A stretch of DNA of 64,000 nt from Candidatus Bathyarchaeota archaeon (GCA_963826715.1 CAWGYA010000002.1:160001-224000); one strand, 5' to 3'; shown: positions 39,921 to 49,993, counted from the first letter of the stretch. Numbers and translations are program-made. The notes: generated by a model not told the origin, from the sequence alone.

Positions 39921-40739
39921 ACTATTTCACCACGTCTTGAATTTTATTGAGGGTTTTTTGCCTTTAAAGGTTCTATTATAGTCTAATATTGTTTTGAACG
40001 ATATGTCTTTTTTAGAGTTATTCATTAATTCACCCTCTAACATTGGCTTGAGAAGTAAGCAAAGGTAACTTTAAGGTTTTTTGCAAAGTCGAATTGACAA
40101 AACAACCTCAAAAATCACTCTAAAACACGAATAATTAGCATAAATTAAAGATAATTTAAGGAAATAAAAAATAATTAATAGGGTGTTTTGCCTGGGAAAA
40201 ATAAATTTATTTTTAATTATCAATAATCGAACGATAATTAACAATAAATAAATTAATATTATTTTTTATGGTTCTGTTAATTCATGGACGATACTTCTAG
40301 TTGTTAAAAATCGGATGACAAAACCCTGTTTTCTGTTGCTCAAAAATAAACTGTTAACTTTCGGGTCATATCCGGCTGATATAACATAGAAAAATCATTT
40401 TTTTCCCTGATCACTAATCTATGGAACATTTTATTGCAACATCACTCTTCTGCAAGGTTTTATCTACAAGTTTCTTTTTGTCTAAACCATCTGGAAAAAC
40501 ATCGTTTTCCAACAAGTTTTTGGTTACCCCCTCTAAGAGGTCAGTCCCAAAGAATTTACAATAAAAAGTCAATAAAAACGAAAATAGGCTAAAGACCATT
40601 GATTTTCTAGCATTTTTCTGAATCCATTTTATAGCATCTTTTTCTTTCGGTGCTTCGGGGTCTAGGGCATCTAAATGTAGATAATGCTGAAAAGGGCATT
40701 TCCTACTATAAAATCCAGTGTATGTTAGAGCTGAAAAAA

Positions 40740-40847
40740 TTATGGTTTTTTAAGTCTTTTAACCCCGTTATTAAGGGCATGCAAAATTCTGGAATCTTCA
40801 TTAATAATGCGCAGAGCTATTTCCATTGGATCCTTACAATTTGCCAT
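40740..40847 (-). CDS. 35-aa ORF overlapping the Fic stop, candidate antitoxin
   Basis: MANCKDPMEIALRIINEDSRILHALNNGVKRLKKP; start overlaps the Fic 3' end. Confidence 0.4.
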   Translation of the reverse strand: MANCKDPMEIALRIINEDSRILHALNNGVKRLKKP

Positions 40848-41280
40848 TTTTAATCCATCCTTCTATTTCCTCAATATTGTATTTACGTATGTCTTTTATA
40901 AACCTGATGATTCTCTGCTCAACTTTCTCATTGAACTCAACATCATTCTTTTCAAGGAAGGTCTTAGTTACGATATACGCTGTTCTATGGTGACCATCTT
41001 GAAAGATTCTGCTAGTAGCGATATCCTTCAATAGAATTGCCGCTTTACGATATATGCCTTCCGCAGCCTTAGCCTCTTCAAGAAAATATATATACGGTTT
41101 TAAACCCACATCAAAACCGTCCCAGCCGCCAATCCGTTGAATCATCACATCATGAGCGGCTACAATAAACCAGTCTGGAGGATACCAAACATCACCTTCA
41201 ATGCCTTCTTCACAATCAGGAACTTTTAAGGGTTCTTCTTTAGCATTTTTATTTGGTTTTACTTTTTGATATTGCGGCAT
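40834..41280 (-). CDS. Fic/Doc-family protein with atypical motif
   Basis: AHDVMI...KAAILL...RIFQDGHHRTA...FLEKN. Confidence 0.8.
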   Translation of the reverse strand: MPQYQKVKPNKNAKEEPLKVPDCEEGIEGDVWYPPDWFIVAAHDVMIQRIGGWDGFDVGLKPYIYFLEEAKAAEGIYRKAAILLKDIATSRIFQDGHHRTAYIVTKTFLEKNDVEFNEKVEQRIIRFIKDIRKYNIEEIEGWIKNGKL

Positions 41281-41346
41281 CCAGATTTATTATCTTTTAC
41301 CTGATTTAAACTTAAATGTTCTATCGCTTCAATGAGCTATTAATAT

Positions 41347-41544
41347 TTAACAATAATTTATAAACGGAAAATAGTCTATAGGGAGCTGGTCTTTTGAAGG
41401 CTTGAATCGCTGCTTTTTGCAGTAAGTATAAGGCGCTGCGCGTTCGGCTGGATAATTATGTTTTCTGCCCTTATCGGTTCTTGGGGTAACTCCGCGTTTT
41501 TTGCGTGGCTTAAATCCTGAAACTTCAACATTGGAGCTAACCAA
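41347..41544 (-). CDS. Small basic, probably nucleic-acid-binding element protein
   Basis: GGAGG RBS; PRKKRG..PRTDKGRKHNYP. Confidence 0.55.
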   Translation of the reverse strand: MVSSNVEVSGFKPRKKRGVTPRTDKGRKHNYPAERAAPYTYCKKQRFKPSKDQLPIDYFPFINYC

Positions 41545-41666
41545 CTTTAGAAGCCTCCAAAAAAGAAAAAGAGGTTGGTATGCGGGTGATGTTAGAAGGG
41601 GAATGTAATTTTTTACATAACGTTAATAAGTGTTTTTTTAAAAGCTAATAGAACGGTGCATCCAAA

Positions 41667-42617
41667 TTGAGCAACGACCTCAAAAAAGCTCAGCACATAA
41701 GCCGATGCTTACAACTCGCGATTGTTCTCGAAGTTAGTGCGGACAAACCGGGTAACGTAAATTTAGTTGTGGATTTCGAAGGAACCCGAGTCGAACATTT
41801 CCTGGCTTCCTCTATCGCTGCCGGACCGTCATTTCAAGATGCTGCCTATCGAGGAATCGAGATTGCTCAGAAGAAACGCAACGTCGCTGATGCAGAACTG
41901 GGCGAACTCATCAAGTGGGGTATCGTAGACATAGACACTTGGCAACGTGGCGGCAACACACTCTTGGGCACAATTATGCTTTTTGCACCGCTAGCAGTTG
42001 CGGCAGGAATGACGCCAACCGACGAAAAATATAGAGGCGACTTTGGAATTCTAAGAAAAAATATCGATATCGTAATAAAGGCGACAACTGCCAAAGATGC
42101 GTTGGCTGTATATGAAGCTATAGACATTGCCAAGCCAAGCGGGCTCAACGGGGCACCCGACCTTAGCGTTAAAGATCAAGAATCCAAAAAGCGCTTAATT
42201 AAAGAAAAAGTAACCCTAAGAAAAGTGTTCGAGATTGCCTCTGGCTACGATGACATCTGCAGTGAATGGGTAGAGAATTTCCCTATAACATTTGATTTAG
42301 CTTATCCCTATCTGATGAATCAGCTAAAACATAAAGACCTAAACAGTGCCATTGTAAACACGTTCCTCAAAGTCCTCTCTGAGCATCCAGACACATTTAT
42401 CGCCCGAAAAGTTGGAGTGGAAAAAGCAAAAGAAGTCTCTGCTGGTGCAAAAGAAATCCTTGACCTTGGCGGAGTAGAATCCATGAATGGAAAAAAATGC
42501 TTAATCGCCTTTGACAAGAAACTCCGCAATGCAGGAAACGATTACAATCCAGGCACTACCGCGGACATAACTGCCGCGGCGTTGGCGCTTTGTACTCTAA
42601 GCGGCTACCGACCATAA
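41667..42617 (+). CDS. CitG/MdcB-family triphosphoribosyl transferase (archaeal type)
   Basis: EVSADKPGNV, NTLLG, PDTFIARK, NPGTTADITAA. Confidence 0.9.
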   Translation: MSNDLKKAQHISRCLQLAIVLEVSADKPGNVNLVVDFEGTRVEHFLASSIAAGPSFQDAAYRGIEIAQKKRNVADAELGELIKWGIVDIDTWQRGGNTLLGTIMLFAPLAVAAGMTPTDEKYRGDFGILRKNIDIVIKATTAKDALAVYEAIDIAKPSGLNGAPDLSVKDQESKKRLIKEKVTLRKVFEIASGYDDICSEWVENFPITFDLAYPYLMNQLKHKDLNSAIVNTFLKVLSEHPDTFIARKVGVEKAKEVSAGAKEILDLGGVESMNGKKCLIAFDKKLRNAGNDYNPGTTADITAAALALCTLSGYRP

Positions 42618-42742
42618 ATCTTCAGGCACACCTTTTTAAAAAAGCGTACTTGATCTTTAGGAAAACAATCATACTGAAGCCCCGGTTATTAGTAAATCCT
42701 TATATGAAAAGGCGTTATCAGCCAAAGTCGGAGAAATATTCG

Positions 42743-43378
42743 ATGCTATCTGAAAACGACACAGAAAAATTTTCTTTTCTCGTGAAATTAGCCCTCGAAA
42801 AAGGGGCAACAGAAGCAAAAATCATCCCAGCCAACAGAGTCGTCATTGAAGACCGCGTTGTTCTCAAATGCAAAGTCGGTTGTAACCATTATGGCAAAAC
42901 GCTAGCTTGCCCACCTTACACCCCCACGGCAGAGCAATTCCGAAAAATCGTGGGCGAATACAGCTACGCCATGTTTATGAAGTTCACTACGAACGCAACT
43001 GCTGACACAGAAGTTTACAAGTATCTAATGACATACGAGTCCGACCCCTCCATTCCCAAACACATCAAAGAAAAAGCTGCCAAGTTCTGGCGGGACTGGA
43101 AAGACGACAAAATAAAGATGCTCCAATCAGTGGTCGATCTTGAAAAAATCGCAATGAAGCAAGGCTTCAGCTTAGCTATCTCATTTATTTCGGGACACTG
43201 CCAACTCTGTGATACATGCAACTTGGAAAATAAAATTTGCAGACACCCCGAGTTAGCCCGCATTTCCGAGGATGCAGTGGGCGTTAACGTGAAGAAAACC
43301 GCTGCTAACGCAGGCATAACGTTTACTTTTCCATTTACTAAAAATGCAGACTCCTTTGCACTATTACTTATCGATTAA
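42743..43378 (+). CDS. DUF2284 metal-binding protein
   Basis: KCKVGCNHYG...CPP, GHCQLCDTC, CRHP..AR.S.DAVG. Confidence 0.85.
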   Translation: MLSENDTEKFSFLVKLALEKGATEAKIIPANRVVIEDRVVLKCKVGCNHYGKTLACPPYTPTAEQFRKIVGEYSYAMFMKFTTNATADTEVYKYLMTYESDPSIPKHIKEKAAKFWRDWKDDKIKMLQSVVDLEKIAMKQGFSLAISFISGHCQLCDTCNLENKICRHPELARISEDAVGVNVKKTAANAGITFTFPFTKNADSFALLLID

Positions 43379-43434
43379 GCCCATCTAGCAAAACTCTAAA
43401 TATTTTCTTGTTTTAAACTTATAGCGATGTACCT

Positions 43435-43704
43435 GTGAAGCTTCTACTTGATGAAATGTATTCCGGCTTGAAGGAGTATTTTGAGGCTTTGGACTATGAA
43501 GTTCTGACAGCACAAGAGGCAGGTTTGAAGGCAGCTAAAGACCGTGATATTGTTAAATATGCAAGCAAACATGACTTGATTTTAGTGACACAAGACCAAA
43601 AACCCGCAGAACTCGCTGAGTTAATGCACGTTAGATACATTTTCATCTCTAACTTAATGATTGCCAAATTGGTAGATGAAAAAATAAAAGTCACCTTCAA
43701 ATAA
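43435..43704 (+). CDS. DUF5615/Mut7-C PIN-like protein
   Basis: LLLDEM, D.DI..YA, LVTQD. Confidence 0.8.
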   Translation: MKLLLDEMYSGLKEYFEALDYEVLTAQEAGLKAAKDRDIVKYASKHDLILVTQDQKPAELAELMHVRYIFISNLMIAKLVDEKIKVTFK

Positions 43705-43709
43705 GCCCT

Positions 43710-44262
43710 CTAGATGCTTATGTGACGTAGATATTTATTCCAAAGATACGCTGCCGCGTAGCCTGCCACTGCACCAACAGCAGGTCCCATAAAGAGTACA
43801 AGAGCATCTATCATTGGACTTCGCTGAATGAAGAGACTCACGTATGTGAAACCCTGATTTGTAAAGAATTCTGGTGAAACGGCAAACGCGGAGTAGCTTG
43901 AAATTGCTATTAAAAGAGTACTAAAAGCCATGGCAATTATCAATCTATTACGGTTGACGCCTTGAGAGGAGCCTTTAATTTTGAATAAGAAAAGGAAAGT
44001 GTCAACGAAGATTCCATAGAGGAAGGCAAAGAAAAACGTGAAGGGCCCAAGAGCGGGGCTGACCAGCGTTGTCAATAATCCGCCGACTGCTCCGACATAC
44101 ATGGCACCGACGCGATGAATAAAGAGCGCACTTAGAGCAAGCAATACTGCTTGGACGACAATCATGAGGTAGTTAAGAGGCGGAGGCAAAAACATGTTGC
44201 CGACAAAAATTATCGAGCCGAATAGCGCGATTATGAATAACCTCTGAAGTCGCTGCGTCCAA
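43710..44262 (-). CDS. ECF S-component-like membrane protein, +1 frameshift just after the TTG start
   Basis: GAGGGG RBS then TTG; deleting one G gives MTQRLQRLFIIALFGSIIFVGNMFLPPP, in frame with 43710..44195. Confidence 0.65.
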
Positions 44263-44378
44263 TTGTCCCCTCTTTGTTAATAGCAGTTGTCCTTCAATTT
44301 AAAAACATATATTCTTATTGAAGGTAAGAAAGAAAAATAAACTGTTAATTTGTTGTAAGAAGTTTTGAAGGGCGAAAA

Positions 44379-44744
44379 ATGAAGTGCGAAGGTTGCGGAG
44401 TTCAGCTTGCTGAAAATGAAGCTATTATACACATAGGAAAAACTTTATGTGAAGACTGTTGTTTTGACTCAATGAATCCTCCTAAAATCTGTGATCCTAC
44501 CGCTGTTTCATCCACCCTCACCGTACGCAAGCAGATGGGTCATTCAGGAACCGAAGGGTTAAGTGATCTACAAAAGAAAATTTACAATCTTGTGGTGCAG
44601 AAGGGTCAAATCAGACGAGAAGAACTTGTCCAAACTCTGCAATTATCTGCTTTGGAATTTGAGCGGGAATTTGCGGTTTTGCGCCATTGCGAGTTGCTTC
44701 GGGGTTTCAAAGAAGGAAATACTGTATATTTCACAAAATATTAA
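44379..44744 (+). CDS. Zn-finger plus winged-helix hypothetical protein
   Basis: CEGC...CEDC...CDP; FAVLRHCELLRG. Confidence 0.75.
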   Translation: MKCEGCGVQLAENEAIIHIGKTLCEDCCFDSMNPPKICDPTAVSSTLTVRKQMGHSGTEGLSDLQKKIYNLVVQKGQIRREELVQTLQLSALEFEREFAVLRHCELLRGFKEGNTVYFTKY

Positions 44745-44878
44745 ACAACCGATTATTGATTATCGTTTTTTATTTTGAGCTTGCTTTTTAACGGAAAGTT
44801 ATAAATCTGCAAGATGCCATATTACCCTGCATTGCATTAATTGCATCATATATGTAAATAAGGAGTAGTAGAGATAAA

Positions 44879-45628
44879 ATGAGCACACATGCAGAAGACT
44901 TAAAATTACGATTAATGACCATAGAGCTCCTAAGAACTGCAAAGTACAAACGCAACATAACTTACCGCGAATTAGCCTCTAAAACAGGCTTACCTGTCAC
45001 GGTTCTAAGTCGATATGCCAAAGGGCACGTGCTCCCCAACACAACCCGCGCAAAGCAGCTTTGGAAAGTCCTAACCAAACTAGTCGGGCTAGAAACGGAA
45101 CTTAGAAGTCGCATAAAATTTGACGATATCGGCTATTTTGACAACACTGAAATCGTCGGCGACTATAACATACTTCAACAAGCAGCCAACCATGCGCTGG
45201 CAAACTTTGCCGGTAAACGCGTCACAAAAATCCTCACGGCCGCCGTTGACGGAATTCCTCTTGCAACAATGGTTGCCAATGCCTTAGGCGTGAACCTAAT
45301 TGTGGCCAAGCGGAATAAAGAAGTTGGCGTTCGCGCTTTTCTTGAGGAAACCTACATTTTGGGGCGCGATTCAGGTGTAACAGTCACGCTCTACATTCCG
45401 AAAGAATCCATCAAGAAACGCGATAGCGTATTAGTGGTGGATGACATGATCAAAAGCGGTGAAACCCAAGAGGCACTGGTGAATCTAGTTAAGAAATCCA
45501 AAGCAGAGGTATCAGGCATCTTCTCACTCATCGCAGTAGGCGAGGAATGGAAAAAACGACTTAAGTCAGGCCAAGACTCTCCAATTGAAGTCGTAACCTC
45601 GCTCAAATCACCCTTCGACACTTCTTAA
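44879..45628 (+). CDS. HTH + type I phosphoribosyltransferase (PurR/Apt-like)
   Basis: TYRELASKTGLPVTVLSRY; VLVVDDMIKSGET PRPP loop. Confidence 0.88.
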   Translation: MSTHAEDLKLRLMTIELLRTAKYKRNITYRELASKTGLPVTVLSRYAKGHVLPNTTRAKQLWKVLTKLVGLETELRSRIKFDDIGYFDNTEIVGDYNILQQAANHALANFAGKRVTKILTAAVDGIPLATMVANALGVNLIVAKRNKEVGVRAFLEETYILGRDSGVTVTLYIPKESIKKRDSVLVVDDMIKSGETQEALVNLVKKSKAEVSGIFSLIAVGEEWKKRLKSGQDSPIEVVTSLKSPFDTS

Positions 45629-46672
45629 ATGCAAGAGGAACCACTCATGCGGATGATTAAGTGGCAAAACGGCACAGTTATAACACTCGATCAAACCAAA
45701 CTGCCCCTCCGCGAAGTTACCTTAGAAATAAAAACTGTCGAGGAGATGGCTGAGGCAATTAAAATGCTCCGGATAAGAGGCGCTCCGCTCTTAGGAGCAG
45801 CAGCAGGCTTCGGTCTCGCTATAGCTGCCCATAACTCTAACGCAAAAACCTCAAATCAACTTTTAGACGAACTTGCCGTCGCAGGTTCTCTAATCAAACA
45901 CCAACGTCCAACTGCAGTAAATCTGTTCTGGGGTGTAGACCGCGTATTATGTAAGGCCAAATCAACATTAGGAAAAACAGATCAAATTAAAGCCGCAGTT
46001 ATAACTGAAGCTAAGATTATCGCAGAGGAAGACGCAGCACAAAATCGAGCTATTGGCAAAAACGGTTCGGTCATTATCGAGGACGGGGATACAATCCTTA
46101 CTCACTGCAACGCAGGTGAACTTGCAACCGTCGAGTACGGTACCGCCTTGGGCGTTATCCGAGCGGCATGGACTGAAGGCAAAAAAATCAAGGTTATTGC
46201 CGACGAAACCCGACCATTGCTCCAGGGAGCAAGGCTCACCGTATATGAGCTAAAACGCGACGGTATCCCAGTTACATTGATTACAGATAACATGGCAGCC
46301 TACGTGATGAACAAGGGACTTATCAACAAAGTCATTGTAGGAGCAGACCGAATCGTTCAGGATGCTGTCTTTAATAAGATCGGTACCTATGGCGTCGCTA
46401 TTTTGGCCCATGAACACGGTATTCCCTTTTATGTTGCAGCTCCTAAATCCACATTCGACTTGACTTGTAAAGCCGCCGATGTAACAATTGAGGAGCGAAA
46501 TCCTGAAGAAGTCACCCATGTAGGTTGCCAGCAAACCGCTCCAGATGGAGTCGCAGTCTATAACCCCGCTTTTGACGCCACCCCCCTCAAATACGTGACG
46601 GGCATCATAACAGAACACGGGATTTACACAAAGGGGGACTACAACAAATTCAACCCCTCCTTCCTTCTATAA
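45629..46672 (+). CDS. mtnA: Methylthioribose-1-phosphate isomerase (eIF-2B family)
   Basis: IRGAP, RPTAVNL, LTHCNAG.LAT, ETRPLLQGARLT, NKIGTY, NPAFD. Confidence 0.9.
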   Translation: MQEEPLMRMIKWQNGTVITLDQTKLPLREVTLEIKTVEEMAEAIKMLRIRGAPLLGAAAGFGLAIAAHNSNAKTSNQLLDELAVAGSLIKHQRPTAVNLFWGVDRVLCKAKSTLGKTDQIKAAVITEAKIIAEEDAAQNRAIGKNGSVIIEDGDTILTHCNAGELATVEYGTALGVIRAAWTEGKKIKVIADETRPLLQGARLTVYELKRDGIPVTLITDNMAAYVMNKGLINKVIVGADRIVQDAVFNKIGTYGVAILAHEHGIPFYVAAPKSTFDLTCKAADVTIEERNPEEVTHVGCQQTAPDGVAVYNPAFDATPLKYVTGIITEHGIYTKGDYNKFNPSFLL

Positions 46673-46781
46673 ACCCTTATCCTTTACTTTTGGCGTTCTG
46701 AAGTAGACCCAAATTAAACTCAAGAAAAGCATAACGTTAAAGAGCCGACAAAAACAAATCAAGACCAAAGTTGATTAAGCA

Positions 46782-47336
46782 ATGAGTGAAACAAAAAAAT
46801 CTCCTCCAATCGAATTCAAAACAAGCGGCATTCTGACTGAAAGGGGGATATTGGTTACTGAATTGAGCAGCATCGATCAACTTACCAATCGGGGCTACGG
46901 TACAGTTGAAGAAAAAACATTCACCTTGACTTTTTTTGAAGCTCTTTACCTTCAAGATAAGGGAATGTTGGAAGTCAAAGACACAGACACTGAATCGGTT
47001 GAGTTCCAAACCCTTCTGAAATGCTACGAAAAACAAAACGAAAATGCTTGGGTCAACTATCTTATCTATCGGGACCTTCGTAGCCGAGGATATGTTGTGA
47101 GGGAAGGTTTTGGCATCGGCATTAACTTTCGCATCTACGAGCGGGGAACATACGGCAAAGATACCGCGCCCTATTTGATTTTAGGCACACAAGAAGGTAA
47201 ACCACTACCAATCAACGATTTAGCTGATGCGTTATCGAATTGCCAAAGTCAAAAGAAGGAGTTGGTTTTGGCGGTTATGAATCGCCGAGGTGAAATCGTT
47301 TATTACTCGGTTGGGGAACTTCACTTTCCCGTTTAA
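46782..47336 (+). CDS. tRNA-intron endonuclease, structural (beta) subunit
   Basis: EALYL, YRDLRSRGYVV, FRIYERG; catalytic His not present. Confidence 0.8.
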   Translation: MSETKKSPPIEFKTSGILTERGILVTELSSIDQLTNRGYGTVEEKTFTLTFFEALYLQDKGMLEVKDTDTESVEFQTLLKCYEKQNENAWVNYLIYRDLRSRGYVVREGFGIGINFRIYERGTYGKDTAPYLILGTQEGKPLPINDLADALSNCQSQKKELVLAVMNRRGEIVYYSVGELHFPV

Positions 47337-48034
47337 AGTGGGTTTCTACTCATAAGTAACTCTTGAATTGTCAACATTTGAATGTCGATCCCATAGCTCC
47401 GCTTTGCACGCACTTTGCCGCGAATTGCATCGGGGTTAAATCCAAAAGCTATAATCATCCCGTTATGAATTTTTTTTCGAGCAACTGAGGAAGCAAAGAG
47501 GTCAATGTCACGTATACTCACACTGTCGGATTGTTTGATAGCAAGAGGGTACCCCATAGAAGAGAAACCATCGATCCCATGTGAAGAATCAATAGATGAA
47601 GCGATAGTGCCTCTCATTTTCTTTAGCACCCATGTCTGAAATTCGCCATAAGTCAGCTTACGCAGGCTCCTTTCGTTCATCCCCCGCCTCTTGATGAACA
47701 TGAACCCAATTACTACCACTGCCAAAGTTAGAAGAATTATTAATGCAATCTCGCTTACGATTCCAAAGTCTATGCTGTTGGATTTTGTTCTTGTGGGCGT
47801 AATGCGATTTATGCTACTACTATCAGAGTCGGGGTCATTGGTTGACAGGGCAACATTCAAAGTAGGTTCAGGGGTAGCTATTTTTGATGGACCAGGCGAT
47901 GGTGTACTTGGTGTCGGTGTTATGATTTTTGGGGCTTGGCACTGGGAATTTGATGGTAAAATGCCAAGTAGAAATAAGCCAACAATGATAATTATTAATA
48001 ATTTTGTTGACACATTTTTCCTCAGAGACCTCAT
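47333..48034 (-). CDS. Membrane-anchored protein with C-terminal Mrr-like restriction-endonuclease fold
   Basis: Signal/TM, Pro/Thr/Ser linker, TM, then EFQTWV, GIDG, IKQSDSV, GMIIAFGF. Confidence 0.7.
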   Translation of the reverse strand: MRSLRKNVSTKLLIIIIVGLFLLGILPSNSQCQAPKIITPTPSTPSPGPSKIATPEPTLNVALSTNDPDSDSSSINRITPTRTKSNSIDFGIVSEIALIILLTLAVVVIGFMFIKRRGMNERSLRKLTYGEFQTWVLKKMRGTIASSIDSSHGIDGFSSMGYPLAIKQSDSVSIRDIDLFASSVARKKIHNGMIIAFGFNPDAIRGKVRAKRSYGIDIQMLTIQELLMSRNPL

Positions 48035-48245
48035 TTCTTAACTTTCCTTATTTTTTATCTTTCTCTATACTTAAAGAAGGCTATGCCTGATTCACTTAAA
48101 TAATTTTGCAAGAAAGAGCCAAGCACGTGACATTCCACTTATTATCCAGCTAAAATTTTGTACATAAGCATTCGACAATAGAAATATGCCAAACAGGATT
48201 CTTCGAAGCAAATTATTTAGAGAAAACAAATCATCCTTATTCAAT

Positions 48246-48460
48246 ATGGCAAAAAGAGACAGGATCTAATAATTTCTCGTGGAATACTAAGAATTATGCC
48301 AAGAACTCGGAGAACCAATTCGAGTTGGCACAGGAATTGATTACAAGACTCAAGTTTATAGTAACGAGGACCGTCTAGACACTGGTTGAAGCGATGACAA
48401 ATAACTGCTGAATTCCCAAGATGCCTTCCAAACTGCAACTTAACATAGAGTTGGTTGGAT
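48246..48460 (+). pseudogene. Remnant of a Tam-like class I SAM methyltransferase
   Basis: WNTKNYAKNSENQFELAQELITRLK, then degenerate LD.G*.D.KITAE..RCLPN with frameshifts and a stop. Confidence 0.6.
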
Positions 48461-48715
48461 GAATTCGCACAACTTGGTTTTCGTTTACTGAACTATTTCC
48501 TATTGAAAAAAGTAAGGGGTTTGTGAAAAGATTGTTATCGCTACCTAAATTGTAATCCTCTAGAGGTAGAAAGAAATGCACATTTTCGTATCATGCGACT
48601 TGAAGTGGAAAGGCAAAAGGAGTAATGTACCATTTTCTTTTGTCTGAGTTTTGCTGCTTGGGCGAGAGTTTAAAAGAACAAACACGCCAATCTATCTGTT
48701 TAGGAGCATAATTGC

Positions 48716-49993
48716 ATGCCATCGAGTTTCCAGCCTGTTCGCGGAATGCGGGACTTAATCGGAGAAGAAGCCCAAATATTTACACATATCATAAGCAACG
48801 CACGAGAAACCGCCAAACTCTACAGCTACAAAGAAGTCATAACCCCTCACGTTGAACCCCTTGAACTACTAAGTGCCAAGTCAGGCGAAGAAATCCGCCA
48901 ACGCATGTTCATATTCAAAGATTTAGGGGAGCGCCAAGTGGCGCTACGCCCAGAGTTTACCGCTTCAATTGCACGTTTAGCCACAACTGCGCTCAAGAAC
49001 GAACCCAAACCGCTAAGATTATTTTCTGTGGGAACCGTTTACCGCTACGATGAGCCACAGCGTGGGCGTTACCGAGAGTTTTGGCAATCAAACTTTGAAG
49101 TAATGGGCTCAGCAAAACCCGAAGCAGACGCAGAAATTGTTTTGTTGACGAATTATTTGATGCACTCGTTAGGATTACATAATTACGCGTTCAAAATTGG
49201 GCACATCGGCGTAATCCGAGGCATTCTCAGCCAAGAGGGCGTGGACGAGAAAACCCAAAACGTAGTTTTACAGCGCATGGACAAAAAAGAATATGATACT
49301 GCCTTCAAGCTTGTAGAATCAGAGAAATGCAAAACCATGCTTAGAGGACTTTTGGAAATTCGCGGCAACGATTGGCTTGACTCAGTTGAACAAATCCAAA
49401 GTTACGTTGCCAACTATGAAAAAGCAAAGGCTGCCGCAGAAAACCTCGCTGAAGTTCTCAAACTCATAGCTGAAAGCTCTGACCTAACGGTAACCGTGGA
49501 GCCTGCTTTTGCCCGAGGATTAGAATATTACACGGGCATGATTTTTGAAATCTACATTCCTGGATTGGAGATTGCTTTAGGCGGCGGAGGTCGATACGAC
49601 AAACTAATCGAAGCCTTTGGCGGCGAACCCACCCCAGCAGTTGGCTGCGCTCATGGAATCGACAGAATTACAATTGCCCTGCACACACAGAAAACGGCAC
49701 TTAATGCAAAAGCAAGAAAAAAAGTCGCCGTCATACCCATCACCGAAACTTTAAAGGCTGATGCATTAAAAATTGCCCAACAACTTCGCGCCGCAGGAAT
49801 CGCTGTGGAGTTTGAGGTTATGGGCAGAAAAATGACAAAAGCCCTCGAGGACGCAGACAAACGCAAGATGGATTTTGCAGTCATCATCGGGGAACGCGAA
49901 CTCAAAGAGAACGCTGTGGTGTTCAAGGATTTAGTGAACCGACAACAAGCCACAGTTTCAATCGATAAACTGGTTGAAAAAATTAAAAACTAA
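48716..49993 (+). CDS. hisS: Histidine--tRNA ligase
   Basis: RGMRD, LRPEFTAS, RYDEPQRGRYREF, RGLEYYTG, GGGRYD. Confidence 0.97.
   Translation: MPSSFQPVRGMRDLIGEEAQIFTHIISNARETAKLYSYKEVITPHVEPLELLSAKSGEEIRQRMFIFKDLGERQVALRPEFTASIARLATTALKNEPKPLRLFSVGTVYRYDEPQRGRYREFWQSNFEVMGSAKPEADAEIVLLTNYLMHSLGLHNYAFKIGHIGVIRGILSQEGVDEKTQNVVLQRMDKKEYDTAFKLVESEKCKTMLRGLLEIRGNDWLDSVEQIQSYVANYEKAKAAAENLAEVLKLIAESSDLTVTVEPAFARGLEYYTGMIFEIYIPGLEIALGGGGRYDKLIEAFGGEPTPAVGCAHGIDRITIALHTQKTALNAKARKKVAVIPITETLKADALKIAQQLRAAGIAVEFEVMGRKMTKALEDADKRKMDFAVIIGERELKENAVVFKDLVNRQQATVSIDKLVEKIKN

Larger units (their letters stand above)
35665..41617 (-). mobile_element. Integrated ~5.9 kb primase-helicase/integrase element (plasmid- or satellite-like)
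   Basis: Co-oriented integrase, primase-SF3 helicase, small ORFs and Fic gene; AT-richer than flanks; imperfect direct repeat TGTA(GA/AT)TTTTTAC at 35665-35677 and 41604-41616. Confidence 0.8.

Noticed and set aside
40026-40413. Very AT-rich stretch in the element as an origin or array
   Set aside because: No regular repeats seen; it could be promoter DNA, but no specific call is supportable
26132-41620. One large element spanning tRNA-Ala to the integrase
   Set aside because: No repeat of the tRNA 3' end found, and host-like genes (31878-35630) separate the two blocks
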